Assembly: GCF_003334355.1 (NCBI RefSeq) | Contig: NZ_QOWP01000001.1 | Length of the DNA: 64,000 bases | From: Escherichia coli | GTDB lineage: Bacteria; Pseudomonadota; Gammaproteobacteria; Enterobacterales; Enterobacteriaceae | Strand: one strand, 5' to 3' | Part shown: piece by piece, positions 36,381-48,093 of the stretch | How the letters are laid out: each line of letters begins with the position of its first letter | Numbering within the stretch: position 1 is the first letter of the stretch | Notes under the pieces: model-generated | What the model was told of the DNA's origin: nothing | The model's database searches: none | What the model saw: only the letters and a program-made list of their open reading frames with translations | Made by a program: the position numbers and the translations under genes

Positions 36381-36546
36381 CCCCCTCCCCCGCATCCTTG
36401 TCCGCTTAACCGTTTCAGTCAGCCTATCCTTGATGAAACCGCGAGCAAAGATAGGTGATTACGTCATGGTTTTACAGAAAATTACAGAAAAAGGAGGCAA
36501 TATCGGGTAAAGGCATTAGCCCGACGAATACGTCGGGCTACAAATA

Positions 36547-37287
36547 TTATTGTGCTGCAGGTGTTTTAGCGGGTTGTTGATCCACAGGTTCTAACTGGAA
36601 GACCACATCGACCTGATCATCAAACTGAATAGCGGCCTGCTCGTAAGTTTCCTGGGCGGACACCGGCGCGGCATCGGCTTTCATCATCCGCACCATTGGG
36701 CTGGGCTGATAGTTGGAAACATGGTAGCGCACGCTATATACCGGCCCCAGTTTACGATGAAAGCCGTTCGCCAGTTCCTGCGCCTGATGAATCGCGTTAT
36801 CAATCGCTGCCTTACGCGCTTTGTCTTTATAGGCATCCGGCTGCGCCACGCCCAGCGACACAGAACGAATTTCGTTAAGACCCGCCTTCAGCGCGCCATC
36901 CAGCAAGGAATTCAGTTTGTCTAACTGACGGAGCGTGACTTCCACCGTTCTCACAGCGCGGTAGCCTTTAAGGATACTTTTACCATCCTGATAATCATAA
37001 TCTGGCTGGGTGCGTAAGTTCGCTGAGCTGATATCTTTTTTCGCGATCTGATTGAGTTCAAGGAAGGAAATGTATTGTGCGACGCGCTCATCTGCCTGTT
37101 TCTTGGCAGTAGCGGCATCCTTCGCGGCCACGTTAACTTCAATCGCAAGAGTGGCAATGTCTGGCACCGCATCCACGCTTGCCGTACCGGAGGTGACAAT
37201 ATGCGGTCCATCCGGCAATTCGTTAGCCTGCGCTGCCATCCCGCTAATACCCATTAATGCCGCCAGGGCGATAACTTTGAACTTCAC
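36547..37287 (-). CDS. yggE: Periplasmic DUF541/SIMPL-family protein YggE (oxidative-stress associated)
   Basis: 246 aa with signal peptide MKFKVIALAALMGISGMAAQA. Confidence 0.88.
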   Translation of the reverse strand: MKFKVIALAALMGISGMAAQANELPDGPHIVTSGTASVDAVPDIATLAIEVNVAAKDAATAKKQADERVAQYISFLELNQIAKKDISSANLRTQPDYDYQDGKSILKGYRAVRTVEVTLRQLDKLNSLLDGALKAGLNEIRSVSLGVAQPDAYKDKARKAAIDNAIHQAQELANGFHRKLGPVYSVRYHVSNYQPSPMVRMMKADAAPVSAQETYEQAAIQFDDQVDVVFQLEPVDQQPAKTPAAQ

Positions 37288-37379
37288 GTTAGTCTCTCCG
37301 TGTTAATTGACTTGCCCAAAATTCAGGACCTCTGGAGGCAAGCTTAGCGCCTCTGTTTTATTTTTCCATCAGATAGCGC

Positions 37380-38015
37380 CTAACTGAACAAGGCTTGTGC
37401 ATGAGCAATACCGTCTCTCGCCAGCTGCAAGGCAATAAACCACATAACACATCCCACAACCAGATTGATAATGCGCTGTGCTTTTGCCGTGCGCAGACGC
37501 GGTGCCAGCCAGGCTGCGAGAAGAGCCAGACCAAAGAACCACAGGAAAGAGGCGCTAATTGTCCCGAGTGCAAACCAGCGTTTTGGTTCCACATCAAGTT
37601 GCCCGCCAAGGCTGCCCAGTACAACAAAAGTATCCAGGTAAACATGCGGATTCAGCCAGGTCACTGCCAACATGGTGGCGATAATTTTCCATCTGCCTTG
37701 CTTCATGACTTCGGCGCTGGCTAACTCAATATTACTGCTCATTGCTGTTTTAAAAGCGCCAAAACCATACCACAGCAAGAAGGCTACGCCGCCCCAGGTG
37801 ACCAGCGCCAGCAACCACGGCGACTGCATCAATAACGCGCTGCCACCAAAAATCCCGGCGCAAATCAGGACCAAATCGCTGATAGCACAAAGTAAGGCAA
37901 TCATAATGTGGTACTGACGACGTATGCCCTGATTCATCACAAAAGCATTTTGTGGACCGAGCGGTAGGATCATAGCCGCCCCAAGTGCAAGACCTTGAAA
38001 GTAATAAGAAAACAC
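37380..38015 (-). CDS. argO: Arginine exporter ArgO (LysE family)
   Basis: 211-aa six-[39 protein letters not shown]... Confidence 0.92.
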   Translation of the reverse strand: MFSYYFQGLALGAAMILPLGPQNAFVMNQGIRRQYHIMIALLCAISDLVLICAGIFGGSALLMQSPWLLALVTWGGVAFLLWYGFGAFKTAMSSNIELASAEVMKQGRWKIIATMLAVTWLNPHVYLDTFVVLGSLGGQLDVEPKRWFALGTISASFLWFFGLALLAAWLAPRLRTAKAQRIINLVVGCVMWFIALQLARDGIAHAQALFS

Positions 38016-38153
38016 GTTGGATATTCCGAATTAAGTATCTGATGCAGAGACTATATCGCGGGATTGTTATTAGCGGAAATTGATAATATTAATTGGCAAT
38101 CAGAAAAACTAATAAGAGAGAGGCCAGAGAGTATTATCTGGCCTCAGCGTTGA

Positions 38154-39014
<861 letters not shown>

Positions 39015-39204
39015 TCAATATTCCTTTTCAACTGACTCAAAATGGAGAAATACACTCCGCCGCCTTATGACGGGCAGTCTGACAAGGGTAAACAATAAAG
39101 CATAATTTTGCCAAATAGATCACAGATTTCTCATCTGAATCACCTTGCTTTTGGCGAAAAAATCCCCGCAGAGCGGGGCTCAGACAGATATCAATGTGCG
39201 CTTT

Positions 39205-39310
39205 GTCATGCCGGATGCGGCGTGAACGCCTTATCCGGCCTACAAAAACCTGCAAATTCAATATATTGCAGGATACGTGTAGGCCTGATAAGCGTAGCGC
39301 ATCAGGCAAT
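39205..39310. repeat. REP pair (BIME) in the mscS-fbaA intergenic region
   Basis: tgccggatgcggcgtgaacgccttatccggcctac and gtaggcctgataagcgtagcgcatcaggc in inverted orientation. Confidence 0.85.
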
Positions 39311-39321
39311 TTTGCTTTTGG

Positions 39322-39348
39322 CGAAAAAAAGACCCGCAGAGCGGGCCT
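39322..39348 (-). terminator. Rho-independent terminator downstream of fbaA
   Basis: Minus strand reads GGCCCGCtctgCGGGTCttttttt. Confidence 0.7.
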
Positions 39349-39371
39349 TGAGATAAGCAGAAAGGAATATC

Positions 39372-40451
39372 TTACAGAACGTCGATCGCGTTCAGTTCCT
39401 GGAATGCTTTCTCCAGACGAGCGATCATCGAAGTCTGACCGGCACGCAGCCATACGCGCGGATCGTAGTATTTCTTGTTCGGCTGATCTTCGCCTTTCGG
39501 GTTACCCAGCTGACCCTGCAGATAAGCTTCGTTCGCTTTGTAGTAGTTCAGAACGCCTTCCCAGGTTGCCCATTGGGTATCGGTATCGATGTTCATTTTT
39601 ACTACGCCGTAGCTTACGGAGTCTTTGATTTCCTGAGCAGTAGAACCGGAACCACCGTGGAATACGAAGTTCAGGCTGTTGTGCGGCAGGTTGTGTTTCT
39701 TGGAAACATATTCCTGAGAATCACGCAGGATGGTCGGAGTCAGAACCACGTTACCCGGCTTGTAAACACCGTGTACGTTACCGAAGGACGCTGCGATGGT
39801 GAAACGCGGGCTGATTTTGCTCAGTTCGGTGTATGCGTAATCAACGTCTTCCGGCTGGGTGTACAGTGCAGAAGCGTCCATGTGGCTGTTGTCCACGCCG
39901 TCTTCTTCACCACCGGTGCAACCCAGTTCGATTTCCAGAGTCATGCCGATTTTGGACATGCGCTCCAGGTATTTAGAGCAGATTTCGATGTTCTCTTGCA
40001 GAGATTCTTCAGACAGGTCGATCATGTGAGAAGAGAACAGCGGCTTACCGGTAGCTGCGAAGTGTTTTTCACCCGCGTCCAACAGACCGTCGATCCACGG
40101 CAGCAGTTTCTTCGCGCAGTGGTCAGTGTGCAGGATAACCGGAACACCATAATGTTCAGCCATCTGGTGAACGTGATGCGCACCAGAGATCGCGCCCAGG
40201 ATAGCAGCACCCTGCGGAACGTCAGATTTCACGCCTTTACCAGCGATAAAGGAAGCACCACCGTTGGAGAACTGAACGATAACCGGCGCTTTAACTTTAG
40301 CAGCGGTTTCCAGTACGGCGTTGATGGAGTCAGTACCGACGCAGTTTACTGCTGGCAGTGCGAAGTTGTTTTCTTTTGCTACCTGGAAAACTTTCTGTAC
40401 GTCATCACCAGTGATTACGCCAGGTTTTACGAAATCAAAAATCTTAGACAT
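39372..40451 (-). CDS. fbaA: Fructose-bisphosphate aldolase class II
   Basis: 359 aa from MSKIFDFVKPGVITGDDVQKVF; the ORF track is extended 28 codons upstream. Confidence 0.96.
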   Translation of the reverse strand: MSKIFDFVKPGVITGDDVQKVFQVAKENNFALPAVNCVGTDSINAVLETAAKVKAPVIVQFSNGGASFIAGKGVKSDVPQGAAILGAISGAHHVHQMAEHYGVPVILHTDHCAKKLLPWIDGLLDAGEKHFAATGKPLFSSHMIDLSEESLQENIEICSKYLERMSKIGMTLEIELGCTGGEEDGVDNSHMDASALYTQPEDVDYAYTELSKISPRFTIAASFGNVHGVYKPGNVVLTPTILRDSQEYVSKKHNLPHNSLNFVFHGGSGSTAQEIKDSVSYGVVKMNIDTDTQWATWEGVLNYYKANEAYLQGQLGNPKGEDQPNKKYYDPRVWLRAGQTSMIARLEKAFQELNAIDVL

Positions 40452-40665
40452 GTCTCTTGTCCTGTATCGTCGGGCCTTATACTCGTCATACTTCAAGTTG
40501 CATGTGCTGCGTCTGCGTTCGCTCACCCCAGTCACTTACTTATGTAAGCTCCTGGGGATTCACTCTCTTGTCGCCTTCCTGCAACTCGAATTATTTAGAG
40601 TATGAAAAATTGCGTGCTCTAAAAGCGCGCTGAAACAAGGGCAGGTTTCCCTGCCCTGTGATTTT

Positions 40666-41829
40666 TTACTTCTTAGCGCGCTCTTCGAGCATCGCTACTG
40701 CAGGCAGTACTTTACCTTCCACGAATTCGAGGAATGCGCCGCCGCCAGTGGAGATGTAGGAGATTTTGTCAGCAATGCCGAACAGGTCGATTGCTGCCAG
40801 AGTGTCGCCGCCGCCAGCGATGGAGAACGCTTCGCTGTCTGCGATAGCGTTAGCCACGATTTCAGTACCTTTGCGGAAGTTCGGGAATTCGAACACGCCA
40901 ACCGGACCGTTCCACAGAATGGTTTTCGCATTCTTCAGGATTTCAGCCAGTTCCTGAGCGGAAGCATCACCGATATCCAGGATCTGCTCGTCAGCTTTCA
41001 CATCGTTAACAGATTTCAGGGTAGCCGGTGCAGTTTCAGAGAACTCGGTTGCTACGCGAACATCAGACGGAACCGGGATGTTGCAGGTGGTCAGCAGACG
41101 TTTAGCTTCGTCAACCAGGTCAGCTTCGTACAGGGATTTACCCACATCGTGGCCTTGTGCCGCGATAAAGGTGTTAGCGATACCACCACCAACAATCAGC
41201 TGGTCAGCGATTTTAGACAGGGAGTCCAGAACGGTCAGTTTGGTAGATACTTTAGAACCACCAACGATAGCCACCATCGGGCGAGCAGGTTCTTTCAGTG
41301 CTTTACCCAGCGCGTCCAGTTCAGCTGCCAGCAGCGGGCCTGCGCACGCAACGTCAGCGAATTTACCGATACCGTGAGTAGAAGCCTGCGCGCGGTGAGC
41401 AGTACCGAATGCGTCCATTACGAACACGTCACACAGTGCAGCGTATTTTTTGGACAGGGTTTCGTCGTCTTTCTTCTCGCCTTTGTTGAAGCGAACGTTT
41501 TCCAGAACAACCAGTTCACCTTCAGCAACGTCAACGCCGTCGAGGTAATCTTTAACCAGACGAACCGGGTTAGACAGTTTGTCTTTCAGGTAGTTAACAA
41601 CCGGCAGCAGAGAGAATTCTTCGTTGTACTCGCCTTCGGTAGGACGACCCAGGTGGGAAGTTACCATCACTTTTGCGCCTTGTTTCAGGGCCAGTTCGAT
41701 GGTCGGCAGAGAAGCTCGGATACGCGCGTCGCTGGTTACTTTCCCGTCTTTTACTGGTACGTTCAGATCCGCACGGATAAATACACGTTTCCCAGCAAGA
41801 TCCAGATCGGTCATCTTAATTACAGACAT
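40666..41829 (-). CDS. pgk: Phosphoglycerate kinase
   Basis: 387 aa from [26 protein letters not shown]. Confidence 0.96.
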
Positions 41830-41878
41830 GGTGAATCCTCTCGTTGATTCTAAAAGTTTTGCAGACGCTGCTTGCGTC

Positions 41879-42898
41879 TTACCTGAAAGCAACAGTAGCC
41901 ATAGCTAACGTCGTGTCGAGCATTCGGTTAGCAAAGCCCCATTCGTTATCGCACCAGACCAACGTTTTGATCAGGTGTGCGCCACTGACCCGGGTTTGGG
42001 TGCCATCGACAATGGCACTGTGCGGATCGTGGTTAAAATCTACAGAGACCAACGGCAATTCCGTATAGTCAACTATACCATGAAATGCACCTTGTGCTGC
42101 TTTTTGCAGCAACAGGTTGACTTCATTGGCTTTTACAGGTTTCTTCACCGTCACGCTTAAATCGATTGCCGTCACATTTATGGTTGGCACACGTACCGCA
42201 ATCGCTTCAAAGCGATCGTTAAATTGCGGAAAAAATCGTGTGATACCGGCGGCCAGTTTAGTATCGACCGGAATGATCGACTGGCTGGCTGCCCGGGTGC
42301 GACGCAGGTCAGGATGGTATGCATCAATAACCTGTTGATCGTGCATGGCGGAGTGAATTGTGGTCACAGTGCCGGACTCAATACCGTACGCATCATCTAA
42401 CAATTTGATGACGGGAATTATGCAATTCGTGGTACAGGAAGCGTTAGAAACGATGCGGTGTTCCGCACGAAGTTGATCCTGATTGACGCCGTAAACAACG
42501 GTCGCGTCGAGATCGTTACTGCCAGGATGTGAAAAGAGCACTTTTTTGGCCCCGGCGGCAATATGCGCTTCGCCATGCTCGCGGGAGCCATATACGCCGG
42601 TGCAGTCGAGGACTACATCAACGCCAAGTTCACGCCAGGGGAGCGATTGCAGTGAACGTTCATGCAATACGCGGATGGCGTCATCACCAACAAAAAGTTG
42701 ATCGCGTTCCTGTCGTACTTCCCATGCAAAACGGCCATGGCTGGTGTCATATTTCAACAAATGCGCCATGCCCGCAGCATCCGCCAGTTCGTTGATTGCC
42801 ACCACGGTAATTTCCGCCCGGCGTCCGGATTCATACAAAGCACGAACCACATTACGCCCGATGCGACCGAAGCCATTTATCGCTACGCGTACGGTCAT
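41879..42898 (-). CDS. epd: D-erythrose-4-phosphate dehydrogenase (GapB)
   Basis: 339 aa from [23 protein letters not shown]; GAPDH fold with active-site Cys (SNASCTTNC). Confidence 0.95.
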
Positions 42899-43182
42899 AG
42901 ATCTCCTGCAAGGTTTTCCCTGAGCAAATTTGCCAGACAGAGTAATCCAGCAAATCGTCCGGGGAAACCTTACCTGTCGCAAACTGCGACTGATTGGTTA
43001 ATTGTCGAACATTTAATCGACTGAAACGCTTCAGCTAGGATAAGCGAAACGTGGAATAAAAGGAATGTTTGTCCAGCCGAAGAAGACATTTATCTGACTC
43101 ACATCACACTTTTATCCCCTTTTGTGGGAAGCTTTATTCCAGGCTGGCGTAATAATAACCCTACAATAACTGGAATAAATTG

Positions 43183-43896
43183 TCAGCTTGTGAAGTGATA
43201 CCGGCCTTCTTCAGTCATCTCTACTATCAGATTGGCCTGACGGCTATTCATCAGCACACGCTCGACATTGGGGCCATCGGTGCGGGCATAAAATGCTTCG
43301 GCTACTTGCCGCGTTAATCCTCCCGCAATTTTACGACTAATCAAGCGCTCCCGCAGAATTTGAGCAGGTGCATGAATAAAAATAGAAAAATCGCAGAAAG
43401 ATGCCAACTCCAGCCACTTTTCATCATCCAGTAACAACCAGTTTCCTTCGACGATGACGAGTGGTGCGGTAACGTGCAACGCATCTTCAACAGGATCATG
43501 CTTTTGTCGATCGTACTGCGGCCACGTACAATCCCCTTCCACGACCTGGCGCAGATTTTCCGTCAGTTTCGCAACGTCAAATGTCTCTGGTGCGCCTTTG
43601 AAGGGGCGCAATTGATGCGCATCCAGCCAGCTATTGTAATGGTGAAAACCATCCATCGGGAGCGTCTGAATAGCGGGCAGTTCCGGGTCTTGTTGCGCGA
43701 GATATTCCCAGAAGGTGGTTAGGGTTGATTTACCCGTCCCCGGCGGAGCGCAAAGAAAAACCACCGTACGCCGCTGCGGATTTACCGTCTGTAAGGCCGC
43801 CAACATGTGCAGCAACGGTTTATGTACATTTTCAATCTCTTCGTTCTGGTACTGTGCCTGTATCTTCAGCCCATTCACCGTTAATTCAATTTTCAC
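43183..43896 (-). CDS. yggC: P-loop nucleoside/pantothenate-kinase-like protein YggC
   Basis: 237 aa; Walker A GTGKST visible (APPGTGKSTLTTFWEY); overlaps yggD by 4 nt. Confidence 0.85.
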   Translation of the reverse strand: MKIELTVNGLKIQAQYQNEEIENVHKPLLHMLAALQTVNPQRRTVVFLCAPPGTGKSTLTTFWEYLAQQDPELPAIQTLPMDGFHHYNSWLDAHQLRPFKGAPETFDVAKLTENLRQVVEGDCTWPQYDRQKHDPVEDALHVTAPLVIVEGNWLLLDDEKWLELASFCDFSIFIHAPAQILRERLISRKIAGGLTRQVAEAFYARTDGPNVERVLMNSRQANLIVEMTEEGRYHFTS

Positions 43897-44402
43897 GGCG
43901 TTAATTCCTTTAAGGTGGTCGTTACTGCCAGCGTCAGCGCCGTTTTGACCATTCCGCTAAAACGCGCCTCTGACCAGACGGCGAAATCGGCGAACTTCAT
44001 CGCTTTCAACGCGTCATAGAGCGTCGCATTGCAGGTTATGCTATTGACGTTGCTGATAAAATCCCAGGTCATGTCATCGGCAAATCCGGGCGTTTCATCC
44101 TGTTCGTTCAGGTAATGCCAGAACTGGGAAAAATGCGTGATATCGGCGTACAACCATTTATCCATTTTCCCCAACGCATAAATCAAACGCAGTGCAACAT
44201 CAATATCGTCAAGCGGGCCGCTTTGGGCGAGTAACGGCTTCACTGCATATTCCACGATCTCTTCATCGTTATCGACAAACAGCGACGGCAGAAACTGGCG
44301 TATCCCCTGGAGCAAAATGGTATGCGCAGTTTTCATAAATGAAAATAAATTGTCCTGTGCATCCAGTTGCTCAAGCACATCATCTTCTGTCAGCGTCGCC
44401 AT
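43893..44402 (-). CDS. yggD: MtlR-like (mannitol-operon-repressor family) regulator YggD
   Basis: 169-aa ORF, MATLTEDDVLEQLDAQDNLFSFMKTAHTILLQG... Confidence 0.85.
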   Translation of the reverse strand: MATLTEDDVLEQLDAQDNLFSFMKTAHTILLQGIRQFLPSLFVDNDEEIVEYAVKPLLAQSGPLDDIDVALRLIYALGKMDKWLYADITHFSQFWHYLNEQDETPGFADDMTWDFISNVNSITCNATLYDALKAMKFADFAVWSEARFSGMVKTALTLAVTTTLKELTP

Positions 44403-44423
44403 TGGTCTTCCGATAGATCACCA

Positions 44424-45389
44424 TCAATGCAGGGAGTCTATTATATTACACGTTTGGTCCGCGCCGCCGATCAGTAATGTCTGCGTCCGCACCCCATTCG
44501 CCGTCTGTTGGATACCGTTCACCAGCTCACCGCCCGTCACGCCCGTAGCGCTAAAGAGGATATCGTTCCCCCTCACCAGTTCATCAAGCGAGTACACACG
44601 GTTAACGTCAACGCCCATTGCCTTGCAACGCTTGCGCTCCTGCTCTGCAATCTGCCGATTTTCCGTGTAATCCCCTTTAGCCTGGCAAAAGTCAATCAGC
44701 TCGGCCTGCATATCCCCGCCTAATGCTTTAACGGCACAGGCAGAAATCACGCCTTCTGGCGCACCGCCGATGGTGTACATCACATCGTAAGGATTATCCT
44801 GCCAGCAGGTCAGCACGCTGGCGGCGACATCGCCATCCGGCAGGGCAAAAACCTTCACGCCCAGCTGTGTTGCTTCCTCAATCGCGGCACTCAGGCGCGG
44901 TTTATCCAGCGTAACCATGCGCAGCTTATCCAGCGGTTTGCCTAACGCTTTCGCCACGTTGCGCAGGTTGTCCGTCAGAGGCAAAGACAGATCAATCGCG
45001 CCCGCCGCCAGCCGATTAACAACCAGCTTTTTCATATACATATCGGGCGCATGTAACAGGCTATCTCGAGGGGCGAAAGCCATGACCGCCAGCGCATTGC
45101 TCTGCCCCATCGCCACCATCCGCGTGCCTTCAATGGGATCAACCGCGATATCGACTTCTGGCCCATCGCCTTTGCCCACCTCTTCGCCAATCCACAGCAT
45201 CGGCGCATGGTCAATTTCTCCTTCGCCGATAACCACTCGTCCACGAAAAGCGACGTCGTTTAATGCCTGGCGCATCGCGGTGACCGCCAGGCCATCAATT
45301 TTATTTTTGTCGCCACATCCGGTTTGCGGCCAGGCAGCCAACGCTGCCTGTTCCGTAACGCGAAATAATGGCCACGCCAGGGACATCAT
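44424..45389 (-). CDS. yggF: Class II (GlpX-type) fructose-1,6-bisphosphatase paralogue YggF
   Basis: 321-aa GlpX-family ORF; overlaps yggP by 4 nt. Confidence 0.88.
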   Translation of the reverse strand: MMSLAWPLFRVTEQAALAAWPQTGCGDKNKIDGLAVTAMRQALNDVAFRGRVVIGEGEIDHAPMLWIGEEVGKGDGPEVDIAVDPIEGTRMVAMGQSNALAVMAFAPRDSLLHAPDMYMKKLVVNRLAAGAIDLSLPLTDNLRNVAKALGKPLDKLRMVTLDKPRLSAAIEEATQLGVKVFALPDGDVAASVLTCWQDNPYDVMYTIGGAPEGVISACAVKALGGDMQAELIDFCQAKGDYTENRQIAEQERKRCKAMGVDVNRVYSLDELVRGNDILFSATGVTGGELVNGIQQTANGVRTQTLLIGGADQTCNIIDSLH

Positions 45390-46663
45390 TGCGCGGCCTC
45401 CCCGATATCAACGCCAAATTGTGCCAGCAGATATTTCTCGGCCTGTTCATTCCAGATGCCGTGCGTTTCCTCAACCAGCCGCGCCAACTCTTTAAACAGC
45501 GGATCGGTTTTGCCTTTTTCGGCAAAATCGGCAATGGCAGTGAGCGGCATGGTCACGCCGTTATAAATGAGTTTTTTACCGCCAGGGATATCCGGCAGAT
45601 TGAGCACGGTTTCTGGCACCGCATCCAGGCCACCGATATGGGTCACCATAAACGACGGCTGTAACTGCCCAGTGGCGCTAAGGGCAATCGCCTCTTTCAT
45701 GTCGTCCGTTGAACCGCCAGATGTACCGACGACGTGCGTGCTGTTGTAATGGACGTTGTAGAAATTAAACGACACTTTGAAGTTTTTATCCGTCGGCCCG
45801 GCAAAGAAGTTCAGACAGCCATCTTCCGCCAGTAATTCATCAGCCATCTCAACGACAGCAGGCACCGCCGCATAAACAAAAATGTCATCGAACCCGGCAT
45901 CTCCTGTCAGCGCCCGCAGCATCTGGACAGGATCGCTCATCCCTTTGGTATTCACATACACCAGCTCAATGCCTTTACTGGCCGCCAGTTCCACCGGCAG
46001 CAGCTTCTGTACCTGCGCCAGACGTTTGTCGTCGATATCGACCACCACCACCCGCGACGGTTGTATGCCGCCGTTAATGGCGTAATCGATAGCGCCAATG
46101 CCCATCGGACCTGCACACGCCAGCAGTGCAATATTGCCGCCAGGTTTGACGCCCATGCGATGCTCATAAACATATTGCGTGGTGTGATAATTGGCATGAT
46201 AAGCACCAATAATGCAGCACATAGGCTCTGCCAGCGACGCCGCAGCAAAATAAGAGCCGTGATACGGTAATACGCAGCCCAAATTAATGGCGATTTCGGG
46301 AATAATCATATAAGTGGCATTGCCGCCAAAATATTCGTAGCTGTAGCCCGCTGAATATCCGCTTGGTAACCCCATCGCCGGTTGCAATACAAAACGCTGG
46401 CCTTTTTTATATTTGCCAGTGAGATTTTTACCCACTTCGACAATAACCCCGGCACATTCATGCCCGGTAATGACCGGATGATTTTCTAAATCGTCGGGTA
46501 CGCGTTTATGTTCACTACCGAGTAACGCCGCTTTCCAGGTCGATAAACAGACGCTGTCAGAAATTACACTCACCAGTAATTCATTATCGGTAATTTCTGG
46601 CAGTTCAAATACGCGCAGACGGACATCCCGCTTGCCATAAATAGCAGCAACTTTGGTTTTCAT
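45386..46663 (-). CDS. yggP: Zn-dependent medium-chain dehydrogenase (polyol dehydrogenase-like) YggP
   Basis: 425 aa; MDR zinc-ADH-like signature (…PVITGHECAGVIVEVG…). Confidence 0.85.
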   Translation of the reverse strand: MKTKVAAIYGKRDVRLRVFELPEITDNELLVSVISDSVCLSTWKAALLGSEHKRVPDDLENHPVITGHECAGVIVEVGKNLTGKYKKGQRFVLQPAMGLPSGYSAGYSYEYFGGNATYMIIPEIAINLGCVLPYHGSYFAAASLAEPMCCIIGAYHANYHTTQYVYEHRMGVKPGGNIALLACAGPMGIGAIDYAINGGIQPSRVVVVDIDDKRLAQVQKLLPVELAASKGIELVYVNTKGMSDPVQMLRALTGDAGFDDIFVYAAVPAVVEMADELLAEDGCLNFFAGPTDKNFKVSFNFYNVHYNSTHVVGTSGGSTDDMKEAIALSATGQLQPSFMVTHIGGLDAVPETVLNLPDIPGGKKLIYNGVTMPLTAIADFAEKGKTDPLFKELARLVEETHGIWNEQAEKYLLAQFGVDIGEAAQ

Positions 46664-46677
46664 TTTTACCTCTGTAA

Positions 46678-48066
46678 TCAGTGTTTATGTTCGGCGGTTA
46701 ATTGATTAAATAAAGTGTCGAGTTTTGGATCGCCAATATAGTTATTAATCAATATCAGTGGTTTATCCGTCACACGTTTCACGCGCCCTTCCAGACTGGC
46801 ATGAGTAACGACGATATCCGCATCCGCAGGCACGTTTTCTATGGCGTAATGTTTTACTTCAATTGCCAGCCCCGCTTTTTCCAGGCGTTTACGGAAGGTG
46901 GTCGCGCCCATCGCACTGGAGCCCATCCCCGCATCGCAAACAAAGGCGATACGCTTAACCCTGCTTAACGAGAATGCACCCTCTTGTTTCATCGCCTTAA
47001 CCGCATTGGCTGACTGAGCAAACTCATCTTCGCTCTCCGTTTCCACCGTTTTTTCCATCTTCAGTATCAGCGAAGTAATAGCAAAGGACACCAGGGTACC
47101 TACCGTAACACCGGCAATTGTCGCCAGGAACGAGCCTTTCGGCGTCAGTGCCAGGTAAGCAAAGATAGACCCCGGACTTGGGCCAGCCACCAGACCACCG
47201 TCCAGTAAGTTAAACATCCAGGTGCCAGACATACCGCCCGCAATCATGGCAATAATGGTCAGCGGCTTCATCAGCACATACGGGAAATACAGTTCGTGGA
47301 TCCCACCGAGGAAGTGAATAATCATCGCCCCGGGCGCAGAACGTTTACTCATCCCTTTACCAAACAAGGTAAACGCCAGCAGCAGCCCCAGGCCCGGACC
47401 TGGGTTAGAGGCCACCATAAAGAAGATGGATTTACCGTTAACCGAAGCCTGTTGCATTCCCAGCGGATAATAGACGCCCTGATCGATCGCATTATTGAGG
47501 AAAAGCACTTTCGCCGGTTCATTGATGACTGACAACAATGGCAGATAACCCGCATGTACCAGCGCCTCAATACACTCTTTGACGAAAGTATTGGCAATTA
47601 ACACCGCCGGGCCGATCACTTCAAAACCCAGCAGACAAAGGAGCATCCCCGCGATACCTAATGAGAAGTTATTGATAACCATCTCAAAACCAGCAGGTAT
47701 GCGTTTTTCCAGTGCCTTATCAACATATTTTATGACCAGCCCACCGAGCGGCCCCATAATCATTGAGCCAAGGAACATCGGGATCTCTGCGCCGACGATC
47801 ACACCAATAGTACCTATTCCGCCCATGACCGCGCCGCGTTTACCGCCGACCAGATGACCACCGGTAGAACCAATCATCACGGGCAATAAATAGGTAATCA
47901 TCGGGCCGACAATTTTGGCGAAATGTTCGTTAGGCAGCCAACCGGTGGGAATAAATAACGCAGTAATAAAACCCCAGGCAATAAAAGCACCAATATTGGG
48001 GATGACCATTGCAGTCAAAAAGCCCCCAAAAGCCTGGACCTTTGCACGAGCAGACTTGTTTTCCAT
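46678..48066 (-). CDS. cmtA: PTS mannitol-family EIICB component (cryptic)
   Basis: 462-aa polytopic EIIC with a C-terminal EIIB domain (…FVCDAGMGSSAMGA…). Confidence 0.9.
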   Translation of the reverse strand: MENKSARAKVQAFGGFLTAMVIPNIGAFIAWGFITALFIPTGWLPNEHFAKIVGPMITYLLPVMIGSTGGHLVGGKRGAVMGGIGTIGVIVGAEIPMFLGSMIMGPLGGLVIKYVDKALEKRIPAGFEMVINNFSLGIAGMLLCLLGFEVIGPAVLIANTFVKECIEALVHAGYLPLLSVINEPAKVLFLNNAIDQGVYYPLGMQQASVNGKSIFFMVASNPGPGLGLLLAFTLFGKGMSKRSAPGAMIIHFLGGIHELYFPYVLMKPLTIIAMIAGGMSGTWMFNLLDGGLVAGPSPGSIFAYLALTPKGSFLATIAGVTVGTLVSFAITSLILKMEKTVETESEDEFAQSANAVKAMKQEGAFSLSRVKRIAFVCDAGMGSSAMGATTFRKRLEKAGLAIEVKHYAIENVPADADIVVTHASLEGRVKRVTDKPLILINNYIGDPKLDTLFNQLTAEHKH

Positions 48067-48093
48067 AATATTATCCTGTAGAGGAGAGAGTAA

